A stretch of DNA of 64,000 nucleotides from Chiloscyllium plagiosum (taxonomy: Eukaryota). The notes below the pieces were generated by a model that was not told the DNA's origin, ran no database searches, and saw nothing but the letters and a program-made list of their open reading frames with translations. Location of the stretch: NCBI RefSeq assembly GCF_004010195.1, contig NC_057719.1:75594064-75658063 (forward strand), in the 5' to 3' direction. The translations under genes were made by a program, and so were the position numbers. Of the stretch, positions 12,772-26,542 are shown one piece after another (position 1 is the first letter of the stretch; each line of letters begins with the position of its first letter).

Positions 12772-14319
12772 CATAAATTTGGAGCAATTTAATAATACTC
12801 CATTTTATTAAATTAGCAACAACTGATACAGAAAAAAAGTGAAGTATTTTGTGCTCCATGTTGTTGATTATAATGATGTTGGGTCACGGAGATTGATTGG
12901 CAAATATTGCAGAAGTCTTTTATTGGATCAGCCATTACCTTCTTAATTGAACTTAGTAAGCAGCAACTATAACTAGTAAATTCCCAGTGATGTTGCATAT
13001 TCACATATTCACAATAACCCTTTCCATTCCCATGACGAATACAGTACTGCTACGCTTTCCAAAAATTGCCAGTGCCCACAATGAAAGCTACAGTTCTCCT
13101 GCAAAATGTACCAACTTAAACTGCCATTGAGAGGCAAAAGAGAGATCATCACCTTCCTGTGGTCTGCCAAAAAGTGAGAAGGGGGAGAAAACCTGTTAAC
13201 AAAATAAATCCAGAGAAATGCTGAAAATGACCCTTCAGCATCTGTAAAGACTGAGTAAGAATTTTGATGCAGATTCTTTGTCAGTTGTCAAAAGGTTTAG
13301 ACCCGAAATAGTAATCCGGCCTCTGTCTTTCCTGATGCTGATATTTCTAGTATCTTTTCCTATTCCATATAAAGGGTAATGTTGTATAGAGGCGAGAAAT
13401 GTTATTTCCAGCCTGTGCTTCAGATTAATATGAATACGTAAGCGTACTGCTTTAAAAGAATGGATTTTAAATATTTTATAAAGTGCAATGAAATAAAGTA
13501 AGAGAAATTAGATTTCAGTCGTGCTGTAATGCTGGAATTGCAACAAAGGTATTCAAGATTGTTCAGGTTTGAAAACCTTCATCATTAAATTAAGAAATGA
13601 AGTCTGCTCCAACCTACTTAGAGTGACTCTGCTGTCGACTTGTTCATGTCGACTTTCCCTAATACCATGATTTATTCATGATCACTCTAAAACAAATTGG
13701 CTTTGGTACCAAAAATCCCTGATGTTTAACATGTCTTATGTGGGTGGGCTATTCAGCGAGGATCACACAGGTACCTTACAGTCTGTTTTAATGCATTCTG
13801 TTTGGCAAGGCAGCCAGCCTTTGGATGATGCAACCTCCACCCAGCTGGTGAGTCCCCCACTAATGTAGGCTTCTTTGTTAATTTTTGATTTTTGTCTCCA
13901 GTTTTCTTTTCTCTACTACTGTTCTGTTCTGGTGATAACGAATCCTCTGCGCTCTGATGTTGTCCCAGTAGTCATTGTTTCTGTGAGGCGTGACAGCAAC
14001 AGGCTGTTTGACTATCAACAGGATATCATAGACAGAAGCACATGCATTTGGAGGTGCTGTATTTTTAATGGTGTGAATCCAATGTCAATGTTAAGCTGCA
14101 TTCCTCAGCTTGTTCAGGCTGAGTTCACCTCCATCAGAAGTAGGTTCAGAAAATGTTGGACATTGTTCACGCCTGTTCTCATCTGAGCTCCATGGAATTC
14201 TTAGCGGGAGCAAGAGCATTGGCCAAGATATTTTCTAAACAGCCCTGTTCGGAGATGCTATCACAAACAAAGACTGAAATTGCTGGGAACATCTCCGCGG
14301 GTCTTGGAGAGAAATAAAG

Positions 14320-14357
14320 AGTTAATCTTTCAGGTCCAGTGACCCTTCTTCAGAACT
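14320..14357 (-). ncRNA. Minimal hammerhead-like motif in PLE terminus
   Basis: rc: gttCTGAAGAagggtc-actg-gacctGAAAgatta. Confidence 0.5.
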
Positions 14358-15192
14358 GAGATGCTTTGATGTACTTTTCTGACAGGCGGAAACTGGTACA
14401 TGACCACTTTAGCACAAGAGCCCCAAGAACATTGGGCAACTACACCTTTCCTAACTGGAGACAGCTAGGAAAATTATAGATCAGCAGAGAGAGCCCACAG
14501 ACTGTAATGGATTTGGACACATTGCCGATGTAGTACAGCTGTTTACTGCTGGATGTGAGCAGAGATTGGCTTTATTAATCAGGCTTGTTCTGTTAAAGTT
14601 AGGTGTGAAGGTGTTATTTTGCTACAGCACCTATTCTGGTCAAGTAAACGTTTGACAAAAGATTGGACAAAGGACATGGCACTGGAATGAATTGAACAAC
14701 TTCTTTGAGCCAGCAAGAAACAAGGCTGTCTCCTCTGTTTTATGATTCAAATCTTATTCTCGTTGTAGTCACATCACTTTGCTGGGTTTTTGACTATTGT
14801 TTGCAGAACTGGGCCCTGAATCAAAATAAATAATCAAATCCTTGAGCTATTGCTGAATCTTTAACTACACTCTCAACCCAACCCCTCCCATCAAATCCAA
14901 CAATAATCCTATCTCAGTCAGCAGTTTACCAAATGGATGACGGCAATACCTCCATACCTCCTGTCCAAACCCAGCACCCTCTCCTGGGTACATAGATGAC
15001 TGCAAGCTATTGTCTGAAACTGTATTATTGATAGAATATTTCACTTGCCTTGCTACTTACTACAGCATTTTCAAGAGTGAAATTGGAGCTTGAAAAGTCC
15101 CTAATCTGTGAGATTCTTTGCTGACTCAACTGAACACATCATAAAGTATTGAGCTGGACAGATGATGATGAGGTACAAGTTAATTGGCTTTG

Positions 15193-15499
15193 GATTACTT
15201 ACAGTGTGGAAACAGGCCCTTCGGCCCAACAAGTCCACACCGACCCGCCGAAGCGCAACCCACCCATACCCGTACATGTACCCCTTTTTACCTAGCACTA
15301 CGGGCAATTTAGCACAGCCAATTCACCTGACCTGCACATCTTTGGACTGTGGGAGGAAACCGGAGCACCCGGAGGAAACCCACACAGACACGGGGAGAAT
15401 GTGCAAACTCCACACAGTCAGTCGCCTGAGTCGGGAATTGAACCCGGGTCTCTGGCGCTGTGAGGCAGCAGTGCTAACCACTGTGCCACCCTGCCGCCC
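15193..15499 (-). mobile_element. HE1 SINE, young
   Basis: Full HE1 structure; gctttgg on both flanks (possible TSD). Confidence 0.95.
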
Positions 15500-15784
15500 A
15501 GTGCTTTGGTGCTGATGAAGTTGTTCAAGTTGGATTTTAATTCTAAATCAGTTTGCAAAAGTGAGGAAATTCACGTGCAAAGTCTGGGGGGTCTTGTGGA
15601 CTTGCCACTGAGTCAGGAGGCTCCAGGTTCAAGTCCCACTCCAGGACTTGACAGCCAAGTCATGTGCATTCACCAAGCAACCAAACAGATTTGGAAATTA
15701 TTGGTCAGTCAGTGTAAGCTCTATGATGGGAAAGATTTCAGAAAGCATTCTGAGGCACACAATGTAGTTGCACATGGAGAAATG

Positions 15785-16345
15785 CACATTAATCAGAGAT
15801 CGTCACCATGGATTTGTTAAAGGAAAATCGTGTTTGACAAATTTGATTGAGTATTTTGAGGAAGAGTGGTAGCGAGCGAGACATGCATTTAGTGCCATTG
15901 ATGTGGAATTTTGCAAAGCCTTTACTAAGATCCCTCAATGTAGGCTGCTCAAGAAAGTAAGAGTCCATGGGATCCAAGGCAAAGTGATATAGTAGATCCA
16001 AAATTGGCTGAAAGACAGGAAGAGAAGAGTGCTGCGAGAGGAATGTTTCTATGACTGGAAGTCTATTTCATTAGATTCCACAGGGCTTGATGCTGGACGC
16101 CTTGCTATTTGTGTTGCACATTAATGATTTGGACTTACATGAAGAGGTTATGGTCAAGTCATTCACAAAGACATGAAAATCGATAATGTGGAAAATACTG
16201 AGGTGGGATTTGATAAATTGGCGAAGGAAATCAACAGACTAGTGAGCTGGACAGAGCTAAAATGACAAATAGAATTCAATCTGGTGAAGTTTGAGGTAGC
16301 TTAGGAAGGACTGACAAGGCAATAGACTGTGCTCTGAATGGTATC
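15785..16345 (+). mobile_element. Old CR1 reverse-transcriptase fragment
   Basis: HGFVKGKSCLTNLIEYFEE, F(A)KPF, decayed F(T)KD(M)K for FADDTK; multiple frameshifts. Confidence 0.85.
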
Positions 16346-16896
16346 TTGGCCAATGAAAATTTTCCAGTTCACTTTCCTTAGTGTCTTTCTCATTCTCTAA
16401 TCTTTGAACACATTACTTTGGTTTGTGTTATATTCACATTAAGTGTCATTAGGGTATGATCACTATTGCTGAGATGCTCCCAGATGTTTACTTCTGTTAT
16501 TTATTCTGATTCATTTTTTTGTCACTAGATCCAGTTGTTCTCCTTTTGTTTTTACTTTTCTTAAAGATAAAAATGGAGTCCTGTAAATGTTGTAAAAACT
16601 ACATTTCCCTGTACTCATTTCAGTATATCTTTTTATCATTTTATTTCAGAGTTGTTGACAATCTCTACTTGTTGTTAATTTATTTTACTATTTTCTACTA
16701 CCTTTAATAATTTACAATACTCACCAATTTAGTAATCTGTGCAATATGCTAAGGGTCAACCACATGGCTGTGTGAGAGTCACAGCTAGATTAGGGTACAA
16801 ACAGCAGATTTTCTTCACTAAAGGACATTAGTGAACCAGATGGACCTTTATGGCAATTGACAACTTTTGCTTTCAGTTTGTAATGGTTGTAGCATC

Positions 16897-18290
16897 ATAG
16901 AACCATATATACAGCATGGAAACAGACCGTTTGGTCCAACTTGTCCATGCCGACCAGACATTCTATTTTAATCTAGTCCCATTTGCCAGCATTTATCCCA
17001 AATCCCTGTAAACCCTTCCTATTCATATACCCATCCAGATGCCTTTTAAATGTTGTAATTGTGCCAGCCTCTACCACTTCCTCTGGCAACTTATTCCATA
17101 CATGCATCACACTCTGTGTGAAAAAGTTGCCCCTTAGGTCACTTTTAAATCTTTCCCCTCTCCCCTTAAACCTATGCCCTCTAATTTTGGACTCCGTATC
17201 CTGGGGAAAAGACCTTGGCTGCTTACCCTATCTATGCCCCTCATGATTTCATAACCTTCTATAAGCTCACCCCTCAGCCTCCGAAGTTCCACGGAAAATA
17301 GCCCCAGCCTATTCAGTCTCTCCCTGTAGCTTAAAACCTCCAACCCTGGCAACATCCTTATAAATCTTTTCTGAACCCTTTCCAGTTTCACAACGTCCAT
17401 TCTATAGGAAGGAGACCAGAATCGAAGGTAGTATTCCAAAAGTAGCCTAGCCAACATCCTGTAGCCGCAACATGATCTCCCAACTCCTATACTCAATGCA
17501 CTGAACACTAAGGCAAGCATACCAAACACCTTCTTCACTATCCCATCTACCTGCGACTCTACAGGAAATATGAACATGCACTCCAAGAACTCTTTGTTCA
17601 GCAACACTCCCCAGGATCATACCATTAAATGTATAATTCCTGCCTTGATTTACCTTTCCAAAATGCAGCACCTCCTATTTATCTAAATTAAACTCCATCT
17701 GCCACACCTTGGCCTATTGGCCCATCTGATCAAGATCCGTCGGAATCAGAGATAACCTTCTTCACTGTCTACGACACTTCCAGTTTTGGTGTCATCTACA
17801 AACTTAACTAACCATGCCTCCTATGTTCATGTCCAAATGACAAAAAGTACTGATCCTTGTGGCACACTGCAGGTCACAGGCCTCCAGTCTGAAAACAACC
17901 CTCCACCAGCACTCCTATTTTCTACCTTTGAGCCAGTTCTGGATCGAAATGGCTGGTTCTCCCTGTATTCCATAAGATCTAACCTTGCTGACATATCAAC
18001 ATGAGGAACCTTGTCGAACATGTTACTGAAGTCCATATAAACCATGTCCACCGCTTTGCCCTCATCAATCCTCTTCGTTACTTCTTCAAGGAATTCAATG
18101 AGGTTAGTGAGACAGGATTTCCCACACACAAAACTGTGTTGACACTCCATAATCAGTCCTTGCCTTTCCAAATATATGTAAATCCTGTCCCTCAGGATTC
18201 CCTCCAACAACTTTGCCCCTGATCTATAGTTGCCTGGCTTTTCTTTACCACTTTTCTTGAATAGTGACATCACATTAGCCAACCTCCAGT
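16897..18290 (-). mobile_element. CR1/HER1 LINE, 5'-truncated, RT to 3' tail
   Basis: ANVMSLFKK..KEKPGNYR, KSCLTNLIEFLEEVT, VYMDFS..FDKVPH, VPQGSVL, LERVQKRFIRMLPGL, RRLRGELIE. Confidence 0.95.
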
Positions 18291-19449
18291 CTTGTCTTCA
18301 GAGTTTGTACTATTGTTTGGAGAGTTGCTCCCGCTGAGAGAAAATGATTGTCTCATCTTAAATATCTGCTTGCTTCGAGAAACCCGTCAATATTCTTGCC
18401 GATATGTGATCCACTCCTTAGATTTTATCCCAGTTAGCCTCATTCTTAAAAGAATAGAGCATTGCAAGCTGGCCTGGGAATTCTATTTCCTGGAAATCGG
18501 ATGATGAATTGGGAATGATTTATTGATCAGGACAGAACATGGGGCTACCGGGACAGAAAGAAGGATGTGTTAGGCAGATCAAATAGATGAATTGGGAATG
18601 TTTGAACTCCAAGATAAATATTTTAGAGCAAACATGAGTAAAGTTTCAGAATAGACAAGCTAAACTAGAATTAACACTTTCAGATATTGAGCAGCATCAT
18701 GAAACAAGAGTTGCAGGTGGACGCAATAAAGTTTATGATAAATAATAGGAAATATATATTTACGTAGAAGACGATAAAGAGTTGGTATTGTTTTCTAAGA
18801 AGGGATGAAACCAAGAGTTGATTCATTTAATCATGTGTTTGTGTTTTTGTGTGTGTGTTATATAATCACAACATTTCTGTTCACTATCACCAGTTCAGCT
18901 AATAGACAGGCTATTTAGTACATCCTTCCATGTAAGCTAGAGCTGCCCCTGCTGTCAGAGTCTTAGCTGCACCTTCAGTGATACTGGGCTTTTTGGCCTG
19001 TCACAAGTTAACTGGGAGGAGTGCACCGATAATCACACCCCATCGCTCCACAAGCCATTACAAAACGTATAAGTATATAGAATCCCAGTGTGATGATCCA
19101 AAATGTCCCATTTGCCTTACTGCTACTCAGAACAAAAGCAACTCACACCAGGTTTTCTGAATAACAGGAAAAATATAAATATTTATTATAATATACTTAA
19201 CTTTAACAAGAGCACAGAGAGGAACAGATCTCTAATTATGCATCATGAACTACCTTTCAAAATCCCCAAATACGCACAAACTCAGTCACCTTTAAGTCAG
19301 ACAAAAGACAACTGGTATCACATATATTCTTTGGGTGAAAATAAGAATGTAGACACTGTAAACAAAATTCTGAATCAGAAGTCTAGAGCACAAGGGGAAA
19401 CTTTATTTCCCTCACAGTCCTTTTAGTCTTGAAAATGATGATATACTGT

Positions 19450-19900
19450 GTCTAGTTGATGGAAAGTTTGGAAGGCATTTGAGTGTGTGCAGAAGAGATT
19501 CTTTAGATTAATTCCAACAATGAGTAACTTCAGTTATGTGGCTCGATGGACTGTTCCCCTTGGAGGAACGAAGATTAAGAGAAGATCTGATAGAGAAGTG
19601 ATCGGAATGATGAGGGATCTGAACAGGATAGACAGGGAAAAATTGTTCTCATTGAAGGAAAGACTGAGAATCAGAGATTAATGCTGAATGGCAAAATGAG
19701 TTAGGATCTGCAAGTGTGGTGGAGAAGCAAATGCATTCAGGCTTCCAAAAGGCAAATTGGATAATTACTTAGAGAAAATATTTTGCCACACTACAGGTTA
19801 AGGCATGGGATTGGACGAGGTGAAGTGTAGGTACAGAAGGTTACTGTGGACACGATGAACAAAATGGCCGCATTCTGTGATGCAACCAATTTATGATCCA
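19450..19900 (+). mobile_element. Old CR1 3' fragment
   Basis: ECVQKRFFRLIP...RRLRGDLIE-like motifs, decayed. Confidence 0.7.
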
Positions 19901-20734
19901 CTGACAAGGCATCATCCACAAAGCAATACACATACCCCGTAAAGGAATGAAAGGACTTACCTTCCCTTAAATTTTATATAGAGTGGCTTTGAAAGAAATT
20001 CCTTTCGAATAGTTGAGGCTTTCATTGCACTCCTCTGTCTGTGCCCAATAATGGTCTATGTAGAGGAGCATACAAAAGAAATAAAAATGTGCTGACTACC
20101 TTTCCAGATATGTGTCCATTATTGCAATCTAAAAATGTAACTTGTTCACTATTTCAAGACTTTTTAAACCTATTGTTTTATATATATATAAAAAGTGACT
20201 CTGTCCACCAGGAATCAGAGGCAAAAAAAGTTGAGCACTTTTTTTTAAGTGTCAGTAAGTTATCAGTGTTTTGTTCTCTGTGCTCTTTTTCATTGAATTC
20301 AGTCGACATTCAGAAGGAGGACAACGTTGATCCTGAGGCACACAAGCAGCTACTCAGGTCACTCTGAGGATCAGCACCTTCACTACAGGGGTGTTCCTTT
20401 CACTATTTCCTCTGGTTTGTCACATCATTCACTAACTGTGGCAGAAAGGCTTTCTGGGCGATTCCCTCCCATGCTGCGCTTTTATTGAGGCTGATGATTA
20501 TTAGGCATGTGATGGCAGGGCGTTCCTCAGTCCATCTCCAATTTTCTCCCGTACCTGCTACCCTGACTCTGTGTGATAAAGCATGTGGAGTCCACTGCTC
20601 AGAATTTTGTTTTGACAATGATATAACTGAGATTGGCGAACCTCCAATATTCAAGTGTAACCCATGCATGTCCATTGTGGAGGCATGTACCGATTCTGAA
20701 AACCACACCCAGTATGGTTGCGTAGTGACCAAAT

Positions 20735-21072
20735 CAAAACCAAAGCTGGAAAAGCTCAGCAAGTCTGGCAGCATCTGTGGAGAGAAAGCAGAGTTAACAG
20801 TTCAGGTCCAGTTCAGGTCTAGTGACCCTTCAGAACTCTGAAGTTCAGATTTCCAGCACCCACAGCTTTTTGGATTGGTTTTGTATTGGTCTTATAGAGC
20901 AACAACTTGTGTCGGCAGGTTATTGTGATTCCTCATAGCATTCCTGATGAAGAGCCTATGCTTGAAATGTCGACTCTCCTGCTCCTTGGATGTTGCCTGA
21001 CCTGCTATGCTTTTCCAGCACCACACTTTTTAACTCTGATCGTCTATGTCTGCAGTCCTCACTTTCTCCTAG
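20735..21072. mobile_element. Two adjacent Penelope-like termini; second has hammerhead motif at 20940-20975
   Basis: CTGATGA(20944-50) agagc-ctat-gctt GAAA tgTC gac, then ggatgttgcctgacctgct tail. Confidence 0.75.
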
Positions 21073-21809
21073 GTTATTGTGTGTGTTAGAGGACTGTGTT
21101 TTTACTTTTAAATTTCCCCACAAAATGATAAGGTTCACAGAACTTAATTTCTGGTGCTCACTGGTCAGTTTATTATAGAATAATAACTATTATAAAGAAT
21201 AATTAAACATACAATTAAAGACCAGCACTTACAACAGGAATCTTAGCCAGGGAATCCAAACACATTATTTTCCAAACTCTGTAAATTCCATGTATTTGTC
21301 CGAACAGGGACTTCTTGTACCTGTTATCACAATCAGCTTTTGACAATATATAAGCTCCATCGCATTACCCAATCTTCATATGTGCTTTGCCTGAAGGCAG
21401 ACTCTTGGCTCAGTGTCTGGCGATGCTTCATCCTGAAGTTTTATTCCTCTCTTTGTCTATGGTGGTTTGGTCATTGCCTCTTACTCTCAGGGGCAGATCC
21501 TGAGTGCACCTTAGTTGGAACTGGAATCAAACCTCTGCAGTTGCTGTTATTCTGAGCCTCACACGTGCCATTTAACCAACTGAACTAATAAACCCAATGT
21601 ATGTGCCATGATTTAACTCTGATTTTATCCTGCCATTTGCAGAGCCATAAGTGATTCTCTTTGTTTTGACCCAAAATTCCGAACATTCCATATCTGTGCT
21701 TGATGTCAGGCAAATGCACCATCAAAAGCTTTCTGATCAGCTTTTCTGTGTCTGTCCAGAACATTAGTTTTAATTATTTTATTTATTTTCCTGTTGAGTT
21801 GTTGCTGCA

Positions 21810-21980
21810 GAAGGCTGAGAGTTTACTTAAGACAGAAATAGATAGGTTCTTGATTGGTAAGGGGATCAAAGGTTACTGGGCGAAGGTAGGAGAATGGGGT
21901 TGAGAAATGTGTCAGCCATGATCGAATGGCAGAACAAACTCAGTAGGCCGAATGGTCTAATTCTGCTTCTAAACCTTTTA
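21810..21980 (+). mobile_element. CR1 3' tail
   Basis: LKTEIDRFLIGKGIKGY..K.GEWG* and cagccatgatcgaatggc...ggccgaatggtctaattctgct. Confidence 0.85.
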
Positions 21981-22329
21981 GCCTTAATGGAAAATTCATC
22001 TGTCATGACTAAACACAGAAGTGAAACCAACGTGCCAACCATGGGGAAGGAAAATATCGCAGAGATTTGAGAAAGGGGATGCAGGGAGAATGAGAGAGAG
22101 AGAGAGAATATTTGCTGAGTGGTAAACAGCCCAGTGGACTGATTCCCATTGTTCATCATTGTTTGACTAATTTGCTTACTTTCCAGTGTAACTAACTGGA
22201 GTTAGTTGTGAGTTAATAGTGGTCGTGTCAGGAGTCAGCAGGAGTTTTGTCTAATCTGCAATAAAGTATTCACAGAGAAAGGACTTGTTGCAAGCAATGA
22301 CCAAGCTGCCATTGTTTTGTTAGTGCTGT

Positions 22330-22961
22330 GTACGAGTCACTGTGATATGAATCTCCATCTGTTTGAGAGATGCCTGTTAAGGGACTTCTGTTTTAAGCCG
22401 GCTAACCTTTGCTTGGGAAACTCCCGTGACTGTAAGTAACCCTGCTGAAAAACACGCTGAAGCTGTAACAGTTTTGTCAGGCATCTTGCCAGGGAATTCA
22501 CTCCAAAGTCTTGAAGATGTAAAGAGGTGTCTCATTACGGCAACTCACGAGGGGCATGAACTGTACCCTTGCGGGGAATCATGAAAAGCAACTTTTTATT
22601 GGTGACACAGAAGTTAAGGTATTCAGGTGCTGGCGTACAGTGAGGATTTACTTGTCAACAACTATATTTTCTAGGGGTCAGCAAAGCAACCAAAATAAAT
22701 TTGATTTTATTTTCGACTTTGAAACGGCTAAAGTCAGCTGGACCTGCGTTCCCTCTTATCTGGATGTATGGAACAACACAAGCAGCCTCCAGCTTCTCAG
22801 TTACTCAGGTATGTTTGAGGTTACTACCGACTGGGAGAAATAATCGACATGTCTGTTGCAAAACGTACGTCAGGATACCCCAGACCAAACGGGGGAAAGC
22901 ATAAGGCAAGAGTTGAATCTGAGAACTTTGCAACATGATAATGTGATATACTCCTGTGAAT
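22330..22961 (+). promoter_or_regulatory. Candidate promoter/5'UTR with NF-kB-like sites
   Basis: Repeat-free, more CpG than flanks; GGGAAACTCC (22415-22424) fits GGGRNNYYCC, GGGAATTCAC (22492-22501) near match; directly upstream of candidate exon. Confidence 0.35.
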
Positions 22962-23054
22962 ATGGGATTAGCTTGCAGGCCACTGAAAAGCCAGCAGACA
23001 CAGATGAGACTATTTTGGCTTGTAAAGAAAGTGCTTGTGATTGCAGTGTTCCAG
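22962..23054 (+). CDS. Candidate first coding exon MGLACRPLKSQQTQMRLFWLVKKVLVIAVFQ (signal peptide/anchor-like), phase 0; gene not identified
   Basis: Kozak aatATGg, 31 open codons with hydrophobic end, consensus donor CAG|GTGAGT at 23055. Confidence 0.4.
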
Positions 23055-23632
23055 GTGAGTTGATATTTTGCTATTGATCTTACTGGCTGAAGGCTGTCCA
23101 GTTGTGATTATAGAGGCTGTTGAGGTGTGTATCTGCGTAAATGTTGATGACAAACACCACACATCTGTGTCAGACTCCAAAAAGAAAGTATCTGGTCCAA
23201 CAGTATGCACAGTGTGGCGATATCTCACCTCAGTCAGGACAAGGTTGGGTATTTCAGTCAGAAACCTCTGTCATTTCATGCTGTCACACTCAGGTTGCTG
23301 GCATCATTGGCCCCATTAGCAGTCAGCTTTCGCCCACTCAATAGATCCTCACCCTGAGACTGCTAAGGCTGTGCAGCAAATGTTAGAGACTGTTCAAAAG
23401 CCAAAAGTGTATTCTGGCCAGGATGCAATAGTGCACCTCTGTATTGAAAATCATTTCTTAGTTGTTGAAAATGAGAATTTTTTGAGGTAGGGGTGCATGA
23501 CTAAAAACGTGCCGTTAAAAATCATCCCTTGTCAACATTTCCATTCTCCCTAACCTTCACAATGACATTTCCCCACTTTGTTAACTTCAGGGTAATTGGA
23601 ATTTCTCACTGCTCTTTCTTTTTTTGGGGGGC

Positions 23633-23982
23633 TCATAGAATCCCTACAATGTGAAAACAGGCCATTTGGTCTAACAAGTCCACACTGACCCTCCTAAGAG
23701 TAACCCACCCAGACTCACTCCCCTACCCTACTACTCTACATTTCCCCCAGACTAATGCACCAAATTGACACATCACTGAACACTATGGGCAATTTAGCAT
23801 TGCCAATTTACCTAACTTGCACATTTTTGGACTGTGGGAGGAAACTGGAGCACCCGGAGGAAACCCACATAGACACAGGGAGAATATGCAAACTCCACAC
23901 AGACAGTCGGCGAGGCTGGAATTGAACCCGGGTCCCTGGCGCTGTGAGGCAGCAGTGCTAACCACTGAGCCACAATGTCACC
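23633..23982 (-). mobile_element. HE1 SINE
   Basis: Head, V core and tail present. Confidence 0.95.
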
Positions 23983-24736
23983 CGTAAGGGGATCTGACAT
24001 TTGCCAACAGATTTTCTCCTGTACCTCCTCTCACTGTTTGGAGGTTTGGCAGTCAAAACGCACCATTAGCACCTATCCTGTTGCTTAACTCTCAATCAAA
24101 CAGATTCAGTCTTTCGACCCTCTGGTGAATATGAATGGCACCACTGTTTTTAAAAGAAGCCATGCTGTCACTAACAACTTGTTGAAAGAGTGGGAGAGAG
24201 CTATGTCTAGATCAGAAATCAGTGATTGATTTCTGGTAATGTAAAAGTATTTTGGATGTCCTTGTAAATGTTCTTACTGTACTGATTGGGTACAAAGACT
24301 GGTCAGCAACATTCCTTGATGAATGCTTATGCCTCACATTACACATTCTCAGGTATAGTGGTGTTAGTCACACCCGTTAAGTATTTAGAGCAGTTTATTT
24401 TTTGGCGGTGTACTTAGACTGCATGCTTTCTGCCGGTCTGATGATGTTACAGTGTTGTCCCGTTACGAATTGAACCTGATATTCATGTCATTTGGACATG
24501 GACTGCTTCAAATTCCAAAATGCAAAGAATCACAAGCTGAGGTGAGACCAGATCGTTGAGAGGGTTTTACCCAACAGGAATAAACAGATTGTAACAATTA
24601 TGATCAGTCTTGTGAATGCGCAAGAAAAAAAACAAAATGCAGAATAACACTTCACTGAAGAAGTAACAGAAAAATGTAATATATATAGATTTTCCAAAAA
24701 TTATCAAAGAAAGTATCACACAGTAGACCAGGGATG

Positions 24737-25020
24737 AATAGAATACCTACAGTGTGGAAACAGGCCATTCGGCCCAACAAGTCCACACCAACCCTTTGAA
24801 GAGTATCCCACTCAGAGCCATTCCCCTAACCAACACATCCCTGAACATTATGGGCAATTTATCATGGCCAATTCACCCAACCTGCACATCTTTGGACCGT
24901 GGGAGGAAACCTACCCAGAGAGAATGTGTAAACTCCACACAGACAGTTGCCCAAGGCTAGAATTGAATCCAGGTCCCTGATGCTGTGAGGCAGCGGTGCT
25001 AACCACTGAGCCACTGTGCA
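24737..25020 (-). mobile_element. HE1 SINE
   Basis: Head, partial core and tail. Confidence 0.9.
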
Positions 25021-26542
25021 GCCAGATCTGCAATTGTGCAGAAATAGGCAACATTTGCAGAGTGAAGGCTACCAAACAGTTAAAAACAGATAGAGACTGG
25101 TAAAAGGTGGAGAGTGATGTTCTGGGCCACTCTTGATCAGGTTTAAAGTTGGAATCAACAATTCAAAAAGTACAGTTTTGGGATGTATTCCCCTCCCATG
25201 TGATCATGCCCCCAGCAGGGCTGTAATCTCTCACCAGCAGTGTCATTGGGAATGCTGCTGGGACCGTACTGAACAGTGCTGGAGACAGGTCAGGAGTCAG
25301 GATCGGGGCCAGCAGCCTCAACTGTGCACAAATTGCCTGTGGAATAATAACCTTCGATGTAGGTTGGACAGGTTACTCCGGGCACAGGCCTGTTAAATCC
25401 CTAAGCCACCCTTACATCTCGATTGGCTCAAGGATAATGAGCTTTAAATGGCTCAAGAATGATTCCATTTGATGTCCTGTTTTGAATGGACAGAATTCCT
25501 GTGTCCCCTTACTGAATTTGGGAGGTGCCTACTGTTGGCTACTCTCTTGCCCAGTTCGTTTACCCCCACCCCTGGCAACATGCACTCTCCAGAAGACTGT
25601 GACCCACACAATTTCTACATGCCATCACAACGTGTTGTACAGGTATAATCGAGACAGACTGTGAGGGAGTACAAGTGAGTGTTTAAATCCAGTTTAGGTC
25701 AGTGTAAGTGATGCACTTCGAAAGATGCATTTTTGCTTCTGAAAAAAAAAAGTCTAGAAATGCACAGCGAGCTGGAGCTGCAGCATCATAAATCATTAAA
25801 AGTAGCAACACATGCTAACAAAGCCATAAAAAAGTGCAAACAAAGCACGGGGGGGGTTATTTTTAGAGGAACTCAATTCAAAAGCACTGAAGGGATTTTA
25901 AGGTTGTGTAGGACATTGTTAAGATGATAAGCGGGGTCTCATCCACGATTCTGGCCTCCGTAATACAAGGAGATATGGAATTGTAGGAGAAGTGCAAACA
26001 AATGTTTTGGATAAACAGCAGGATAGAATCATAAAGTAGTAACAGCACAGAAAAAAGGCCATTCAGCCCATCACGTCTAGGTCAGCTCTGCAAGAGAAAT
26101 TCCATCAATTTCTGTCTCCTGCTTCAAATGCTGACAACTTCCTTTTTGAAAGCCACAGCTATACCTGATCCCACTATTCCCACGGAATGTGATTAGAGAT
26201 CCTATGAAAACAATAACCCTTGTGTTCCTGTAGTTTTTTATAAATTCATTCATGGCTTCCGTGTGTCGCTTGCTAGGCCAGCACCTGTTTCCTATTTAAA
26301 GCTGGCTTTGAGAAGGTGATGATGAGTTTTTGTCTTCAACCACTGCAGTCCATGTGCCTGCAGTTAGACCCATAATGCTGATAGTTAGGGAGTTTCAGGA
26401 TTTTGATCCAGCGACAATGTAGGAACGGTGGTGTATTTCCAAGTCAGGATGGTGAGTGACTTGGAGGGGAACTCGCATATGGTGGTCTTCCCATATGTCT
26501 TTTGCCCTTGCGCTTCTAGTTGATAGTAGACATGACTCTGGA

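Noticed and set aside
22556..23077. Two same-frame ORFs separated by one stop (possible pseudogene or readthrough)
   Set aside because: No recognisable protein; the alternative frame with Kozak ATG and donor explains the region better
25160..25620. GC-richer patches (also 8230-8460, 42250-42960, 51480-52420) as genes
   Set aside because: No coherent ORF or splice structure; probably old unclassified repeats
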